A stretch of 62,373 nt of DNA, filler included, from Anaerolineae bacterium (GTDB lineage: Bacteria; Chloroflexota; Anaerolineae; Epilineales; Epilineaceae), in the NCBI GenBank assembly GCA_029262755.1. It is 7 parts of 7 records of this genome, joined end to end, with 100 filler letters (N's around TTAATTAATTAA, not from the genome) between each part and the next. Parts side by side here need not be neighbours in the genome. Positions count along the whole stretch, not along the records: positions 1 to 11,735 come from JAJCYU010000242.1; 6 more parts are not named here. One strand, given 5' to 3'. The number at the start of each line of letters is the position of its first letter. The first letter of the stretch is position 1. Under the pieces are notes generated by a model. That model searched no databases and was not told where the DNA came from. It saw only the letters and a list, made by a program, of their open reading frames with translations. Made by a program: the position numbers and the translations under genes. Below, piece by piece: positions 1-11,144 of this stretch.

Positions 1-251
1 TCTTCCATCATGATCCCGAACACGACGACGACCGTATGGACACCTTCAGCGAGGAAGCCGCACATCGCGTTCGCATCGATGGGGACGAACTCGCCGTATC
101 CGCCGCGGCAGAGGGCGATCTGATCGATCTTGCTTCGTGCACAGTCGAGTCCAAGGTAACAGCCCACGATCATGGCCGCGCAACGCACACACGGGCTGCG
201 ATTGGATCGGCACCTCCTTTGCAACCAGCCTTGCGTTCGGCAGCCACGTGA
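1..251 (+). CDS. MBL-fold metallo-hydrolase, C-terminal fragment (5' end outside window)
   Basis: Frame open from nt 3: FHHDPEHDDDRMD...AAAEG, which resembles the HHDP-x-H-D-D...A-x-EG C-terminal signature of RNase Z-like/Lactamase_B_2 proteins. Confidence 0.65.
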   Translation, partial: FHHDPEHDDDRMDTFSEEAAHRVRIDGDELAVSAAAEGDLIDLASCTVESKVTAHDHGRATHTRAAIGSAPPLQPALRSAAT

Positions 252-1189
252 TCCGACGTCCCGACGCATCGCGTCGCTCAACCCATGATCATCGGACGTA
301 CGCAGCGGCCTACGATTCCCTCAAGTACCTCGGCGCGGGCATCCGTTCCGGTGGCCACGCCGTCTGGATCGTGCTGCTCATCGTCTCGCTTTCCGCGTGC
401 ACGCCGATCGCCCAGATCCCCACCGCAGCGCCCCGTGATTCGGGAACGGTGGAGGATGGCCCTCCGGAGACGGCGTCCGAACGCGGACGTGTGCAGCGCG
501 TCGTAGACGGCGACAGCCTGATCGTGGATGGACGCGATGTGCGCTTGATCGGAATCAACGCGCCGGAACGCGGTGACGCGCAACATGTCGCAGCGCGCGA
601 GCACCTACGATCGCTCGTCGACGGCGAAACCGTGTACTTGGAACGCGACGTCGAACGGCGCGACCAGTATGGGCGCGAGCTTGCCTACGTCTATCGGGAT
701 GACGGCACCTTCGTCAACCATGAGATGCTACGTGCCGGCTACGCCCAGGCGTACACCGTTCCGCCCAACGTTTTGCACGCCCTTGTGGCCATCCAAGCCG
801 AGATGGCAGCGCGCGAGTCAGGGTCCGGTCTCTGGGCGCGTAGCGAGCTTCCTCTTGAGATCACGCATCTGCAGCATGACGCTCCCGGTCGCGATGAAGA
901 AAATCCGGGTGGCGAGTGGATCGAGATCGAGAACACGGGGCGGGTCGCGGTCGCCTTGGAGAACGTAAGCATCCGCGACGAAGCAAACAACGTGTATGTC
1001 TTCGCGGACGGAGACCTCGGCCCCGGTCAGGTCGTGCGTGTGCACTCGGGACGCGGCGACGACGCTCCCGGCCGCCGCTTCTGGGGTGAGAGCCGTGCGA
1101 TTTGGAACAACGGCGGCGACGCGGCGATCCTGCGCGATCCCGAGGGGCGGTTCATCGACATCTGGCGCTACGAAGGACGGCCGCGCTAA
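248..1189 (+). CDS. Thermonuclease (SNase-like) plus lamin-tail-domain lipoprotein
   Basis: VVDGDSL, VRLIGINAPE, DQYGRELAYVY, VNHEMLRAGYA nuclease motifs; C-terminal LTD (EWIEIENTG...IWNNGGD); lipobox LSAC; GTG at 248 overlaps the upstream TGA (start uncertain). Confidence 0.9.
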   Translation: MIRRPDASRRSTHDHRTYAAAYDSLKYLGAGIRSGGHAVWIVLLIVSLSACTPIAQIPTAAPRDSGTVEDGPPETASERGRVQRVVDGDSLIVDGRDVRLIGINAPERGDAQHVAAREHLRSLVDGETVYLERDVERRDQYGRELAYVYRDDGTFVNHEMLRAGYAQAYTVPPNVLHALVAIQAEMAARESGSGLWARSELPLEITHLQHDAPGRDEENPGGEWIEIENTGRVAVALENVSIRDEANNVYVFADGDLGPGQVVRVHSGRGDDAPGRRFWGESRAIWNNGGDAAILRDPEGRFIDIWRYEGRPR

Positions 1190-1289
1190 GGCGCTGCATC
1201 CTACCACGCACAGTTTGGGTGGCTCGGTCCGCAGGGAGTATCGTGAAGCATCGTCTTTGTCGCCACACGCCCCACCCTGGGAGCCGTCG

Positions 1290-2063
1290 ATGCCCAAGTA
1301 CACGGTCGAGAAACTGCGCCTCCGTGAATCTTCGAACTTCACACGCTGCGCACCGCTGGGGCTGATCGCCGCCGGCCTCTTCGTGTTGGGTCTCGCAGCC
1401 TGCGCGCCGGAAGGTCAGGAGACGCCGGAACGCTTCGTGGCCGCGATTCGCTCGGACGGTACCCCAACTCTCGACCCACAACCTGCGGCGACCGTGTCGG
1501 CGGATGGCGAAGCGGCCGAGGCGCCCGTTTCGACCGAGGCGACCGTGGACTCTCTAGTCGAAGCGATCACGTCGGATCCAGCGGAAAGCGGCGCGAACTC
1601 CGTGCAACAGGAGTGTCCGCCCTCGCTGCCCGGGGCCTTCGCGCACGCCGAAGAGCGATTCTGCCTGCGGGTGCCCGACGGTCACACGGTCAGGTCGCCG
1701 ATGCCGGGTCGGATCGTCATCAGCGGGCCTGCGCCGGACGACGGCGGGCCGGCCGCGCAACTGGTCATTACGGAGGAAGGAGGCGCAACCGGCCGGGACA
1801 GCCTGGCCTTCGCCGAAGAGCGGACCGCCGCGATTGCGGCGGCGGGCATTACGCTGCAGAGGGCGTCGGTTGTCATCGGTGGGAGCGGGGCCATTACCGT
1901 CGAGCCCGTGCCGGGCATCGCGCCGGCCCGCATGGCGTTTCTCGTTCACGACGATCGCGCCTACGTGCTCACCGTCCTACCGTTGGACCCCGCCCGCCCG
2001 GAGGTGACCGCCGCCGCGGAAGCATTGTGGGCGGCAACCGTCGAGTCCTTCACGTTCCGATAA
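1290..2063 (+). CDS. Hypothetical lipoprotein with possible PsbP-like C-terminal domain
   Basis: Hydrophobic stretch plus LAAC lipobox; low-complexity linker; ends ...LWAATVESFTFR. Confidence 0.6.
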   Translation: MPKYTVEKLRLRESSNFTRCAPLGLIAAGLFVLGLAACAPEGQETPERFVAAIRSDGTPTLDPQPAATVSADGEAAEAPVSTEATVDSLVEAITSDPAESGANSVQQECPPSLPGAFAHAEERFCLRVPDGHTVRSPMPGRIVISGPAPDDGGPAAQLVITEEGGATGRDSLAFAEERTAAIAAAGITLQRASVVIGGSGAITVEPVPGIAPARMAFLVHDDRAYVLTVLPLDPARPEVTAAAEALWAATVESFTFR

Positions 2064-2240
2064 GCCGTCCTTGGCCGGTCCAACTGACGTGCGGCGGCGT
2101 CGTAAGCCTTATCCGAAGCGGAGTTCCGGCACAAACAGATTGCCCACCGCAACAGAACTCCCGCCACAACGGGGTTCCCATCGCAATGGTGCCCCAGTGC
2201 CGGCCTCCGATCATGACCTAGACCTGAATCCATACGCAAG

Positions 2241-2276
2241 ACCAGAACCAGAACTAGAACCAGAACCAGAACCAAG
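2241..2276 (+). repeat. Hexanucleotide tandem repeat (ACCAGA)x~6
   Basis: ACCAGA ACCAGA ACTAGA ACCAGA ACCAGA ACCAAG, ending about 20 nt before the 2298 CDS. Confidence 0.85.
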
Positions 2277-2297
2277 CCCAGACTCCAGGAGTCCCTC

Positions 2298-3335
2298 GTG
2301 ATGCGCTGCAAACTCCCCCGCGCTCGTCACTCTCGCAGCCGAAGGTCCGCGTGGTCCGACGGCTTGCGCGCCGTCCGCGCTGGCACCCGTCCTTGGCGGG
2401 CCGTAGTGGCCGTGCTCGTCCTCGTCGCGGGCCTCGCGCCCTTCGCTGTCCTGCGACTGCGCGCTGCGCACGCGCAGGATGCGCCCCGCGCGTTGGTCTA
2501 CCTCCCCTTGATCCTGCGCGGCGAGACGCGCGACCAGCTCTATGCACCACAGGCCCTTGCGCCCGCCGTGGCAACACGTCGCGCCGCAACGGCGACCGAG
2601 GACGTTCCACCAAGCGCAACGCCCGGACCCGCATCACCTACGAGCGTTCCGACCGATGCGGCCAGCCCCACCTCCGCTGCTACAAGCGAACCGGCCACCC
2701 CGACGGTGCCCCCCACGCCGACGTCGACACCCGAACCAACTGCCACGGCGACCCCTGACGCGGTATGCTCCAACGTGCTCTACAACGGAGACTTCGAGGA
2801 AGGCGCTTCGCGCTGGGCCATTGACTCTACCTACCGCGGTCGGTCCCTTTCCGGCGTGATCCTGCATCCGGAGCCCAACATCATCCCGCGACCGGTGGAC
2901 GGCGAGTGGCTGGCCCAGCTCGGCGGTGGGCGCGACGGCGGCTACGACGAGCTATCGCAACCACGTGCGCCCGATCGCCCGTGGTCGACCGTTCCGGAGG
3001 ACCAGATGGTTTCCGCGACGCTCAACTTCTCCTTCGCGGTGTTCACGGAACTCATCCGCGATCGGCGTCCGGATGACACCCTGAGCTTCCTGCTCTACGA
3101 CGTCTCGACGGAACGCGAGTACCCGATCGAGAACGCCGTGGTCTCGGAAGAATCGGGGCCCGACCTGGAGTGGCGGGCGTTCAGCGTCGATGTCACGCGG
3201 CAGATGACCAGCAGCCGCGGTGAGAAGCTGGGCCTCAAGATCCGCTCGCAGATGCGCGAGGTGGCCGACGGGCGAGGCACGAATCACTTCATCGACGCGA
3301 TCTCGCTCGAGGTGTGCACCAAGCCGGCGCCCTAG
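2298..3335 (+). CDS. Exported protein: signal peptide, VYLPLILR motif, Pro/Thr linker, CBM-like domain
   Basis: Hydrophobic segment ending AHA-Q; LVYLPLILRG; PTATP linker; CSNVLYNGDFEEG typical of CBM4/9-like jelly-roll starts. Confidence 0.75.
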   Translation: MMRCKLPRARHSRSRRSAWSDGLRAVRAGTRPWRAVVAVLVLVAGLAPFAVLRLRAAHAQDAPRALVYLPLILRGETRDQLYAPQALAPAVATRRAATATEDVPPSATPGPASPTSVPTDAASPTSAATSEPATPTVPPTPTSTPEPTATATPDAVCSNVLYNGDFEEGASRWAIDSTYRGRSLSGVILHPEPNIIPRPVDGEWLAQLGGGRDGGYDELSQPRAPDRPWSTVPEDQMVSATLNFSFAVFTELIRDRRPDDTLSFLLYDVSTEREYPIENAVVSEESGPDLEWRAFSVDVTRQMTSSRGEKLGLKIRSQMREVADGRGTNHFIDAISLEVCTKPAP

Positions 3336-3625
3336 CGGCCGGACCGTTTGTCGAGGCCGTGCCGGGCGGGTAGCCGAATCCACCCGGTTGCGTAAGTTCT
3401 GCGTTGCATGCGCTACGCGCCGCACGGCCGCCCAGCGCTGCCGCGCGCGTGACGCCCCGCCCGCTGTCCCCACTGTCCTGGTGGTGACGCGGGGCGGCCG
3501 CACCGCCATGGTTCCTCTGCCGCAGCCGCTGCCGTTGACCTACGCCGGGTCGCGTCGGGTCCACAGGTGGCACAAGCTCGCAGGGCCGTGTCCGTGCGTC
3601 GGTCCTTCTACAGGAGAGGAACTCC

Positions 3626-6600
3626 ATGCGCCACTCTGCCAGCAGTGCAGATTTTCAAGCGCGTGCGCAACGCCGAACTGTAGCCGCGTCACGATCGGCG
3701 CGGTTCAACGCATGCTCCCGCGTTCCATCCCTGCGGCGGGCCGCGTATCCGACCCGTCGAGCGTCGGACCGCGTCGGAACCGGTAGCGGATGGTGGCGCG
3801 GTGACGTGGTCGTCGCTGCGTTGCTCATCGCTATGGTCGTTGCCGGCCTCACAGCGTCTGCAATCGCGCATGGACCCGATCGCGCAACCCAACGCGCAGG
3901 CGCGTTCCGGACGCGGCGGGTTGCCGCGCAAGGAGCACAGGCTGCGCTCTTCTTGCCGATCGCGCTACGGGTCGACACGACGGGGGCGGATTCCGATTGG
4001 CAGGCCCATCCCGGGCCCGCGCCGCGTGCAACCGACAATCCATCGACGCCTGGTGCATCAGCCACGGCCGCGCCCACCGCGTTGCCGACCGTGGGGCCAG
4101 GCGGCTCCGTCGGCGCGCGTCATTTCAAGAGCGGCCCGGTGCAGGTCGATGCCGCGGGTGATACGGTCTGGATAGCCCAATCTCACGCCGACGCGGTCGC
4201 ACGCTACCGCGTGGCCGACGGAAGTGTTGCCCACTTTGCGCTCGGCGCCGCCGTAGACGGCACGGCGGCGGGGCGAGACGTGCCGCTCGGTCTTGCCGTG
4301 AGCGAGGACGGGGACAGCGTCTGGGTCGCGGCGCACGATAGCGACCGTGTCTACGTGCTCGATGCACGAGACGGTCGTGTGCGCCGCGTTCTGTCGATGC
4401 CGTGGGGCAGCGGCCCATACAGCGTGGCGCTGCAACCCCCGGACGAAGGCGGCGCGCAGCGCTGGGCCTTGGTCACGCTACACCGGAGTGACCAGGTGGC
4501 CGCGATCGACACGATCTCCTTCGACATGACCCTTCTTGGGCCGATGTTTCGCACGCCGCATGCAATCGCGTGGGCGGACGACGGTGCGAGCGCATGGGTG
4601 ACCCACTTGCTCACCGGCGGCGAGCATCCGCGCCTGTCACGCATCGACGTGGCGGATGGGCCGCCCCGCGTGACGACGCGGCTTCGGCTCTTCGCGGCCA
4701 CGCCGCGCGACAGTGGCGCCATGGGTGAGGCCGACTCCGGTCGCAACACTGCGGAGGGCGGCTACCTCAACTGGCGCGGCCATCCCGCCCAGTGGCCCGG
4801 CGAAGGCCCGCGGCGCCTCTGGCTGCCGACCCAATATCACAACATGCACACAGACCAATTCACCCCCGACTCTACGATTCAGGCCAGCCTGCGCCAGGTA
4901 GACCTCGACGACCATCGTCTCCTCGTGGACGAAAAGATCGTGCTCAGCGCCGCGCACGTGCACGATCCCAAGGGCGGTGACAAGAATCCGGCCTGGATGG
5001 GCTACGGCTGGGATGTGCCTATCTCCGGCCTCGTCGACCTCGCGTTCGCGCGCCTGCGCGGTCGTTGGTTTGCCCTGGTCGTTGGCGAGCAAAGCGACAA
5101 CGTGGTGCTCCTGCCCGCCGATAGCGCCATGTGGCGTTCGCGCACGGATCCCGGCGCGCCGGGTTTGCCGGCGGTGGCCATCGGCAACCGTCCGATGGGT
5201 GTCGCGGTCTCGCCGATACGAGCCGAAGCCTATGCCTACAACAGCGTGTCCGCAGACCTCTCGGTGCTAGACCTTCAAGATCCGAGCGCGCCGAAGGAAC
5301 GGGCTCGCATCGGCCTCGCGCCTCCGCACCGCGCAGACCTTCTCGCGGATCCGAAGCTGCGACGAGGAGCGGCCCTATTCTTCACCAGTGCCGACCCACG
5401 GTTGAGCGACAATGGCAAGGTGGCCTGTGCATCCTGCCATCTCAACGCCGAAACCGATGCTCGCCACTGGGCCTTCGAGCGTCTTCCGGACGGTACGAAC
5501 GGACAGGCCCACGGCCCGCGCCGCACGATCGATCTTCGCGGCTTCGGCCTTGGGCTACGCGCGAGCTCCGGCAATCGCGATCCGGCTACCGGTTTCGGCT
5601 TCGTGCATCGCTCAGGCGACCGTGACGAAGTCCAGGACTTTGAGTGGACCACTCGCAGTCCGATCATGGGCGGGACCGGCTTCCTCGGTGCGGACGCCCA
5701 ACCGGAGCTGGGTGCCCCCAACGCCGGACGCGACGAAGATCTGGATGCGATCGCCGCCTTCGTGGAAGCGCTACCCCCACTCGGGCGCAGCCCGCACCGG
5801 GAGCCGGATGGCCGGCTGTCGCGCGCCGCCGTCCGCGGAGCGACCTTCTTTCTCGGCACCGGTGGCCGACCGGCCGATGCGCAGTGCTCCTCTTGTCACG
5901 TACCTGAGACCGACTTTCAAGACTTCGGATTCCACGACGTCGGGGCAACGCGATTGCCGGGCGAAGCGGAATTGGGCGCGGATCGACGTGCGGCCTGCCG
6001 GTGGTGCGTCGGGACGCTCTCGTTGCGCGGCGCATTCGGCCATGCACCCTGGGAAGGCGCATACGGCTACATTGGAACGATGTTCGAGTTGATCGCCGAT
6101 TTCGACCGAGCCGATCGCCCGCGTGCGCACGGCGATGTCTCCGGGCTAACCGGCCGCCAACGCGCGGACCTCGCAGCCTTCGTCTCTTCCATCGACGGTT
6201 CGCTCGATGCAGCCGCGGTGCGCGCGCTGCGCGACACGCAGCCGCCACGCATACTCGAGGTTCGGCCCGTCGGGCCGCGGCGCATCCTCGTGACCTTCGA
6301 CGAGAGCGTGAACGGCACGAGCGCGGCGGACCCTGCGGCGTGGAGCCTTCGTGTGCGCGGCACGGGAGCCGCGATCGCGATCGAAGGCGCGGAACTCGAC
6401 CAGGCTCTCGGGGATCGGCTGCGTTTGGACACGGGGATCATGGAGGCCGGTGGCGCGTATCAGCTGGCACCGATCCTCCCGATCCGAGATGTGGCCGGCA
6501 ACGCAAGCGGAAATGCCTCGAATGCGTTGGACCCCAGTGACCCAGCCCTGGCGTTCGCCTTCGACCTTCCGGAGGTGATCACCCTATCCCTGGGCGCGAG

Positions 6601-7258
6601 CGGCTACGAAGACCTTCGCATCGGCGTGCACGACGCCGCGCTCGTGGGGCCGGGTCTCGCGACGTGGAGCCACGACTCGCTCTGGATCGGCACCCAACAG
6701 GCGGTGCCGATTCCCGGCTTCGTCCGCTTCGACTGGCGCGATGCCTTCGTCGCGGCGACCGGCGTCGAAGACGCGGATCGCATCCTCGACGTCCGGCTTG
6801 TGCTCCAGCCACTACATGGCGATCTTCAGCGCATGGAGTTGCGCCGCGTCCTCCAGCCGTGGTCGGACCCCGCGGTGGGCGGTGACTGGAACAGCAGCGC
6901 AACGGGCGCCCCGACATGGCGGGACCACAGCCACCCCAACGGCCGATGGAACCAGGCGGGCGCAAGCGCGCTCGGCGGAACGGGCGCGCGCGCGGCCGAC
7001 TACGACGGCGCGTTCGATCTGGCGGCGGCCGTCGACTCGATCGCATCCATGCGCTCGATCACCGAGCCGGCCGTCTTCGAGGGCGAGGCATTGGGGTCCG
7101 CATATCGCTTCTGGTTCGAGCATCCGGAGTACGACTACGGTCATGCCGTTCGCGTGCTGCCCAATCCGCCGTTTCAGCCGGCCGTGAAGTTCCACAACCA
7201 CGAATCGGACCGCAGGCAGCGCGGTCCGCAACTGCTGATCACCTACCGGCTCCCTTGA
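3626..7258 (+). CDS. Exported YVTN beta-propeller plus di-haem cytochrome c (CCP/MauG-like) plus Ig-like plus DNRLRE-like domain protein
   Basis: Propeller repeats ([22 protein letters not shown]); two CxxCH motifs (CASCH 5426-5440, CSSCH 5885-5899); RGAALF and RGATFF before the haems; [11 protein letters not shown]g-like start; [19 protein letters not shown]-terminal domain; start uncertain. Confidence 0.8.
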   Translation: MRHSASSADFQARAQRRTVAASRSARFNACSRVPSLRRAAYPTRRASDRVGTGSGWWRGDVVVAALLIAMVVAGLTASAIAHGPDRATQRAGAFRTRRVAAQGAQAALFLPIALRVDTTGADSDWQAHPGPAPRATDNPSTPGASATAAPTALPTVGPGGSVGARHFKSGPVQVDAAGDTVWIAQSHADAVARYRVADGSVAHFALGAAVDGTAAGRDVPLGLAVSEDGDSVWVAAHDSDRVYVLDARDGRVRRVLSMPWGSGPYSVALQPPDEGGAQRWALVTLHRSDQVAAIDTISFDMTLLGPMFRTPHAIAWADDGASAWVTHLLTGGEHPRLSRIDVADGPPRVTTRLRLFAATPRDSGAMGEADSGRNTAEGGYLNWRGHPAQWPGEGPRRLWLPTQYHNMHTDQFTPDSTIQASLRQVDLDDHRLLVDEKIVLSAAHVHDPKGGDKNPAWMGYGWDVPISGLVDLAFARLRGRWFALVVGEQSDNVVLLPADSAMWRSRTDPGAPGLPAVAIGNRPMGVAVSPIRAEAYAYNSVSADLSVLDLQDPSAPKERARIGLAPPHRADLLADPKLRRGAALFFTSADPRLSDNGKVACASCHLNAETDARHWAFERLPDGTNGQAHGPRRTIDLRGFGLGLRASSGNRDPATGFGFVHRSGDRDEVQDFEWTTRSPIMGGTGFLGADAQPELGAPNAGRDEDLDAIAAFVEALPPLGRSPHREPDGRLSRAAVRGATFFLGTGGRPADAQCSSCHVPETDFQDFGFHDVGATRLPGEAELGADRRAACRWCVGTLSLRGAFGHAPWEGAYGYIGTMFELIADFDRADRPRAHGDVSGLTGRQRADLAAFVSSIDGSLDAAAVRALRDTQPPRILEVRPVGPRRILVTFDESVNGTSAADPAAWSLRVRGTGAAIAIEGAELDQALGDRLRLDTGIMEAGGAYQLAPILPIRDVAGNASGNASNALDPSDPALAFAFDLPEVITLSLGASGYEDLRIGVHDAALVGPGLATWSHDSLWIGTQQAVPIPGFVRFDWRDAFVAATGVEDADRILDVRLVLQPLHGDLQRMELRRVLQPWSDPAVGGDWNSSATGAPTWRDHSHPNGRWNQAGASALGGTGARAADYDGAFDLAAAVDSIASMRSITEPAVFEGEALGSAYRFWFEHPEYDYGHAVRVLPNPPFQPAVKFHNHESDRRQRGPQLLITYRLP

Positions 7259-7279
7259 TTCCGCACGCTCCGTGCACGA

Positions 7280-7288
7280 TGCTAGACT
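7280..7288 (+). promoter_or_regulatory. Possible extended -10 promoter for the sulfurtransferase operon
   Basis: TG-C-TAGACT about 70 nt upstream of the GTG at 7356. Confidence 0.35.
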
Positions 7289-7355
7289 GATCCTCCGTCG
7301 CGGCGCCCTCGTATGGCCGTCTTTTCGGCCGCGACATCCTTGCCGGGAGGACCAC

Positions 7356-8219
7356 GTGAGCGACATCGCCGAACGCGGATACCGTCACCCCGACGTCCTG
7401 GTTTCCACGGACTGGGTCGCCGACCATCTCGACGACCCCAACGTCGTTGTCGCGGAGTCCAACGAGGATCCGTTGCTCTACCCGTCCGGACACATCCCGG
7501 GCGCGGTCGAGGTCGACTGGACGCGCGACCTGAACGACCCGCTTCGGCGGGACTATCTGGACCGCGAAGGCTTCGCCGCCCTCGCCGAACGGATCGGGCT
7601 CACGCCGGACACGACCATCGTCTTTTACGGTGATAAGAACAACTGGTGGGCCACCTACGCATTCTGGGTCTTCCGGCTATTCGGCCACGCGAACGCGCGC
7701 ATCATGGACGGTGGCCGTCTCAAGTGGACCAAGGAAGAGCGGCCGCTGACCACGGACGTCCCCGTCCGCCCAAGCGCGACCTATCCGGCGCCGCAGCGCG
7801 ACGACGCCCGCCACCGTGTATTCCGCGACGACGTGCTCAAGCACGTAAAGGCCGGCGGTCCGTTGGTCGACGTCCGTAGCCCTGAAGAATTTTCGGGCGA
7901 GCGCATGCACATGCCCGACTATCCCAACGAGGGCGCCCTGCGTGGAGGCCATATCCCTGGCGCTGCGAACATACCGTGGTCCCGGGCTATCGACCCGTCC
8001 AACGGCACATTTCTCAACTCCGACGCGTTGCGTTCAATCTACGAAGGGGAGGCAGGCTTGTCGGCCGATGACGAGGTCGTGGCCTACTGTCGGATCGGCG
8101 AACGATCGAGCCACACCTGGTTCGTGCTGACCTACCTGCTTGGCTACAACAACGTGCGCAACTACGACGGCAGCTGGACCGAATGGGGTAATCTGGTCGG
8201 CGTGCCGATCGAGCGCTGA
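7356..8219 (+). CDS. sseA: Tandem-rhodanese thiosulfate/3-mercaptopyruvate sulfurtransferase (SseA/CysA type)
   Basis: [23 protein letters not shown], active site [25 protein letters not shown] before GTG 7356. Confidence 0.93.
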   Translation: MSDIAERGYRHPDVLVSTDWVADHLDDPNVVVAESNEDPLLYPSGHIPGAVEVDWTRDLNDPLRRDYLDREGFAALAERIGLTPDTTIVFYGDKNNWWATYAFWVFRLFGHANARIMDGGRLKWTKEERPLTTDVPVRPSATYPAPQRDDARHRVFRDDVLKHVKAGGPLVDVRSPEEFSGERMHMPDYPNEGALRGGHIPGAANIPWSRAIDPSNGTFLNSDALRSIYEGEAGLSADDEVVAYCRIGERSSHTWFVLTYLLGYNNVRNYDGSWTEWGNLVGVPIER

Positions 8220-8221
8220 AC

Positions 8222-8788
8222 GTGTCAGATATCCAGAACCGGAAACCCGCGGACGCCGCCACCTCGTTACCCGGACGACTTGGCGAAACGGTGGAGCTTT
8301 TGTCTTGGGCCGAGGATCGCGCTGCGCGAATCCAGTTGCTCATCGACTTGGGGGCGCACTTCAACGAGGTTGCCGTGTCGCCCGATGTGGCAACGCGACC
8401 CTTCGACGAGGCGCATCGCGTGCCTGGCTGTGAATCGGAGGCCTTCGTGTTCGCCGTTCCGCGGCCCGATAGCACCTTGGACTTTCATTTCGCCGTGGAA
8501 AACCCCCAAGGTGTTTCCGCCCGCGCTCTTGCCTTGATCCTCGGTCGAGGGCTCAACGGCGTGCCTCCCAGCGAAGTGGTGCGGGTGGACCCGGAGTTGG
8601 TGTACACCCTGTTCGGGCGCGAGCTCTCGATGGGCAAGTCGATGGGGCTCATGGGCATGGTTGCGATGGTGCGGGAGTTGGCGCGCGACGCCGTCAAGCA
8701 AGGCGATGCGGCCATCGATGACACGGACGATGCCGAGCAAGCGGGCCGGGGCCGGCCGGCTGCCGGCGTCAAGGGGGTCGAGGCGTGA
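8222..8788 (+). CDS. sufE: SufE-family sulfur-acceptor protein
   Basis: RIQLLIDLG...HRVPGCESEAFV with the conserved Cys; starts 2 nt after the sulfurtransferase stop. Confidence 0.85.
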   Translation: MSDIQNRKPADAATSLPGRLGETVELLSWAEDRAARIQLLIDLGAHFNEVAVSPDVATRPFDEAHRVPGCESEAFVFAVPRPDSTLDFHFAVENPQGVSARALALILGRGLNGVPPSEVVRVDPELVYTLFGRELSMGKSMGLMGMVAMVRELARDAVKQGDAAIDDTDDAEQAGRGRPAAGVKGVEA

Positions 8789-9537
8789 CCCCGGCCATCG
8801 AGGTATATCGCGAGGAGCGCGCCGACCGCTGCGCGGCGGGCGTTCGCTGTCCGCGCTGCGAGCGGGTGCTGCCGGTCGAATGGGACGAAGACGATCGGCG
8901 CCAGGTGGAGCGCGGCGATACAGGGCAACGCATCGGGCGTTGCGAGGCCTGCTTCCTCCCGCCCGGGGAAGGTGCGGGCGGCGAAGATCTCGGTGGCTAT
9001 GTCTACGTGACCCTCGAGCCGGACGGGAGCTTGGCGGTCGGGACGTCCATGGACGACTATCGCGAAGGCCTCGACATGCTCGTCACGGGCGAAGCGCGCT
9101 GCGGCTGCTGTCAGGTAACGATCGTGCGCTGCGGCTGGTGTGCCACGCCCGTAGCAACGCGCCATGCGCCGCTCGAAACGTTGGATGAGTACGTCGAGTG
9201 CGGGTACTGCGTGCATTGCGATCGCATCGTCGGCATCGACGTGTATGCGCGCGATAACGAGATGGTGCGCGAATTCGTGGATCGCGTGGCCTCGCCGGAC
9301 GAGGTCGACGCAGAGCGATGGGCGGCCTGGCGCGACGCGATGCAGGCGGAACTGGGCGACGTGGACCGCTTGCGCTCCCCGTGTGTTCGGTTGCCGCGCG
9401 AAGATCTGGACCTGTTGGAACTCGCGGCCGACGACGTCGACTTCGCCGGATCCCCCGCCGGCATGACGTGGGAGGCGTGGCTGGAAACCTTCGGTCGCGA
9501 CCTGCCGCCCGGCATTGCCCGACCCGGCGCAGGCTAG
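8785..9537 (+). CDS. Cys-rich hypothetical metal-binding protein
   Basis: GTGA overlap with sufE; 14 Cys including CPRC, CEAC, CGCC, CGWC, CGYCVHC; acidic C-terminus. Confidence 0.65.
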   Translation: MTPAIEVYREERADRCAAGVRCPRCERVLPVEWDEDDRRQVERGDTGQRIGRCEACFLPPGEGAGGEDLGGYVYVTLEPDGSLAVGTSMDDYREGLDMLVTGEARCGCCQVTIVRCGWCATPVATRHAPLETLDEYVECGYCVHCDRIVGIDVYARDNEMVREFVDRVASPDEVDAERWAAWRDAMQAELGDVDRLRSPCVRLPREDLDLLELAADDVDFAGSPAGMTWEAWLETFGRDLPPGIARPGAG

Positions 9538-9650
9538 GGTCGGGTCGCGTGCTTGAACCCGCGGACGAGCCCGCGAGCCTGCGCGAGCCGGTTACCCTTC
9601 GCTGTCGCAAACCGTCGCCCCGGCTCCCGGCTACGCGTTGCGTCGCCCCA

Positions 9651-10762
9651 ATGCGGTTCCCGCGCCTTGTCCGTCCGGGCTCGCCCCGCCTGGTTGTCGC
9701 TTTGCTCGGCGCCTGCCTATTGGTGCTCCTCACAGGCGCCCCGGCGCCTGCCGCGGCGGATACCGTAGCCATCCTCGATGACTTCGAGCGCATGGACTGG
9801 CCCGATCCCCTACTCTGGCCACCCACAGGGCTGACGGGCTGGGCGCCCTCGGCCTGTCAGGCGCGGCGGGGCAACCGCGCCTTGCGCGCCTTCGCCGCAA
9901 CGCCGCCCGACGTCGCCGAACCCGACTGCGATGCGCCGGTGGCGGCCGGTGCGATTAGCTCGGGTCTGCTCTTGCTGGATTTGCGCTCCGCGAGCGAAGC
10001 GAACCTGCTCGAACTGCACTTCGACCTCTGGCTTCGCCTGTCAGCCGGTACTTCGGCTGCACCTGCGGGTCTCTTTCTCTACGTGCGCACACCGGATGCA
10101 GATGCCGGCGCCCCGCAGGGTACAACCAAGCGCATCGCGATCTTCGGCGCGACCGGTGACGCAGGACGATGGGTGTTCCCGGGTCGTAGCCTGGATCTGC
10201 GCAATCTGATCGACCTCAATGATCCAGGTGAGGTCTACGATCTGCGTGGCAAACGCTGGTGGCTCGAATGGATCGCGTTGGCGCCGGCCGGGGCTCCGCC
10301 CGGCGGTGGCGTCTTCTTGGACGACGTCGCGCTCGTCTGGGAGCCGGACGAAGTCGTCCCGACCCCGACGCGCCGACCGCCCCCAGCACCGACGGCCACG
10401 CCGACCGCGACGCACACTCCGACCGTGACCGCGACGCCAACCGTGACGCCTGTGCCCACAAAGGAGCCGACGGTCGCCTTTCCCCGCATCTACCTGCCGA
10501 TCACGCGCCATGATCCCCAACCAACCCCGACCGCAACTCCGGAACGGACCGAGACGCCGGAACCGGTGGAAACCAATACGCCGGGACCGTCGCCGACGGC
10601 TACCGCGAGCCGCACGCCCGTTCCGTCCGCAACCCCGACGCCGGTTCGAAGGTATCTGCCGCAGTTGGACATGTTCCGTTCCGAGGAGGCCTATCCCGGT
10701 CCCTCCGGCGTCGCCAACGCGCCGACACGCAGCCGCCGTGTGCTAGAATGGCGCCGGTTCGC

Positions 10763-10772
<10 letters not shown>
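9651..10772 (+). CDS. Exported protein with Pro/Thr linkers and two YLP motifs
   Basis: Signal peptide ending APAAA-D; RIYLPITR and RRYLPQL; stop codon lies inside the tRNA 5' end. Confidence 0.7.
10741..10749 (+). promoter_or_regulatory. Extended -10 promoter of tRNA-Arg
   Basis: TG-C-TAGAAT, 13 nt upstream of the mature tRNA 5' end. Confidence 0.6.
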
Positions 10773-10838
<66 letters not shown>

Positions 10839-10842
10839 AATT

Positions 10843-10884
10843 GCGCCGACGGCTGGGCTATCCCGGTCGTCGGCGTTGTGTTTT
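10843..10884 (+). terminator. Intrinsic terminator after tRNA-Arg
   Basis: 15-bp stem GCGCCGACGGCTGGG / CCCGGTCGTCGGCGT (with G-U pairs), loop CTAT, followed by TGTGTTTT. Confidence 0.75.
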
Positions 10885-11144
10885 CCACGCGCGTGTCCAA
10901 CCGATTGGATGGGAACGCAACGTCCAGGATCGGCGAATCGAGGGTTCAAGCCTCTAGCGGCGTGCGCTGACCTGCCCGGTTTGGGATCAAGGGTGCTTCG
11001 GACCATGCGGTCGGATCGGAATGCGCTAGCCTCGATCGAACACCGGTGGCCAAACGCCTTCATGAAGGACCACCGAGAGATGCGGACGCAAGAACGGCTG
11101 GTGCGGTCCGCCGGCGTACTTCCGACCCACCAAGGAGCGTCTTG

